A program made the translations under genes and the position numbers. Below the pieces are notes generated by a model. That model had not been told where the DNA came from, made no database searches, and saw only the letters and a program-made list of their open reading frames with translations. From assembly GCA_051362555.1 (NCBI GenBank), contig CM120645.1, positions 248,001-312,000 on the forward strand: DNA of 64,000 nt. The letters are read 5' to 3'. Below are positions 63,805 through 64,000 of the stretch, piece by piece (the first letter of the stretch is position 1; each line of letters starts with the position of its first letter). Origin of the DNA: Lingula anatina. Its lineage: Eukaryota > Animalia > Brachiopoda.

Positions 63805-64000
63805 CTAAAACATGTTTTCTCAAGTAAGCAATTCAGTAATAAAAGCACACAAAGATCATCAGACCTTTATACACTTCTGTCATTTGGTAGTAGCATGACT
63901 TTTTACCAAGACTTTTTACTGATGCCTTGGCTAACAAGTGTATATGACACTATGTATATGTATATGACACTATGTATATGTATATGACACGTCTAATTTT

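Overview
AT-rich, microsatellite-rich eukaryotic DNA with spliceosomal introns; an invertebrate animal, possibly a mollusc (inference only). Three protein-coding genes are supported. (1) A complete 20-exon urocanate hydratase UROC1 (minus strand, 31379-42389, 677 aa). (2) A UDP-galactose-transporter-like SLC35A2 (plus strand; core exons 57696-58030 and 58405-59055; two candidate first exons at 56877 and 42780). (3) The last two coding exons of CDK20 (minus strand, 62938-63804, running off the right edge). The first 30 kb has no recognisable CDS but carries candidate 5' exons and promoters of a minus-strand gene leaving the left edge, an antisense TATA/Inr promoter, MITEs and a mariner relic. 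The 43-57 kb interval holds two TTAA-flanked Kolobok-like transposon relics, a G-rich minisatellite, an apparently exact 1608-bp tandem duplication containing candidate 15-nt microexons, and LINE fragments, one split by a perfect 112-bp fold-back. Main leads: a transposon end that appears to supply the promoter and ATG exon of SLC35A2; repeated tandem duplications straddling splice sites, including units that are themselves GT..AG mini-introns; and an AG|GTAAGT recursive-splice-like exon start in UROC1. All coordinates were read by hand and no database searches were run.
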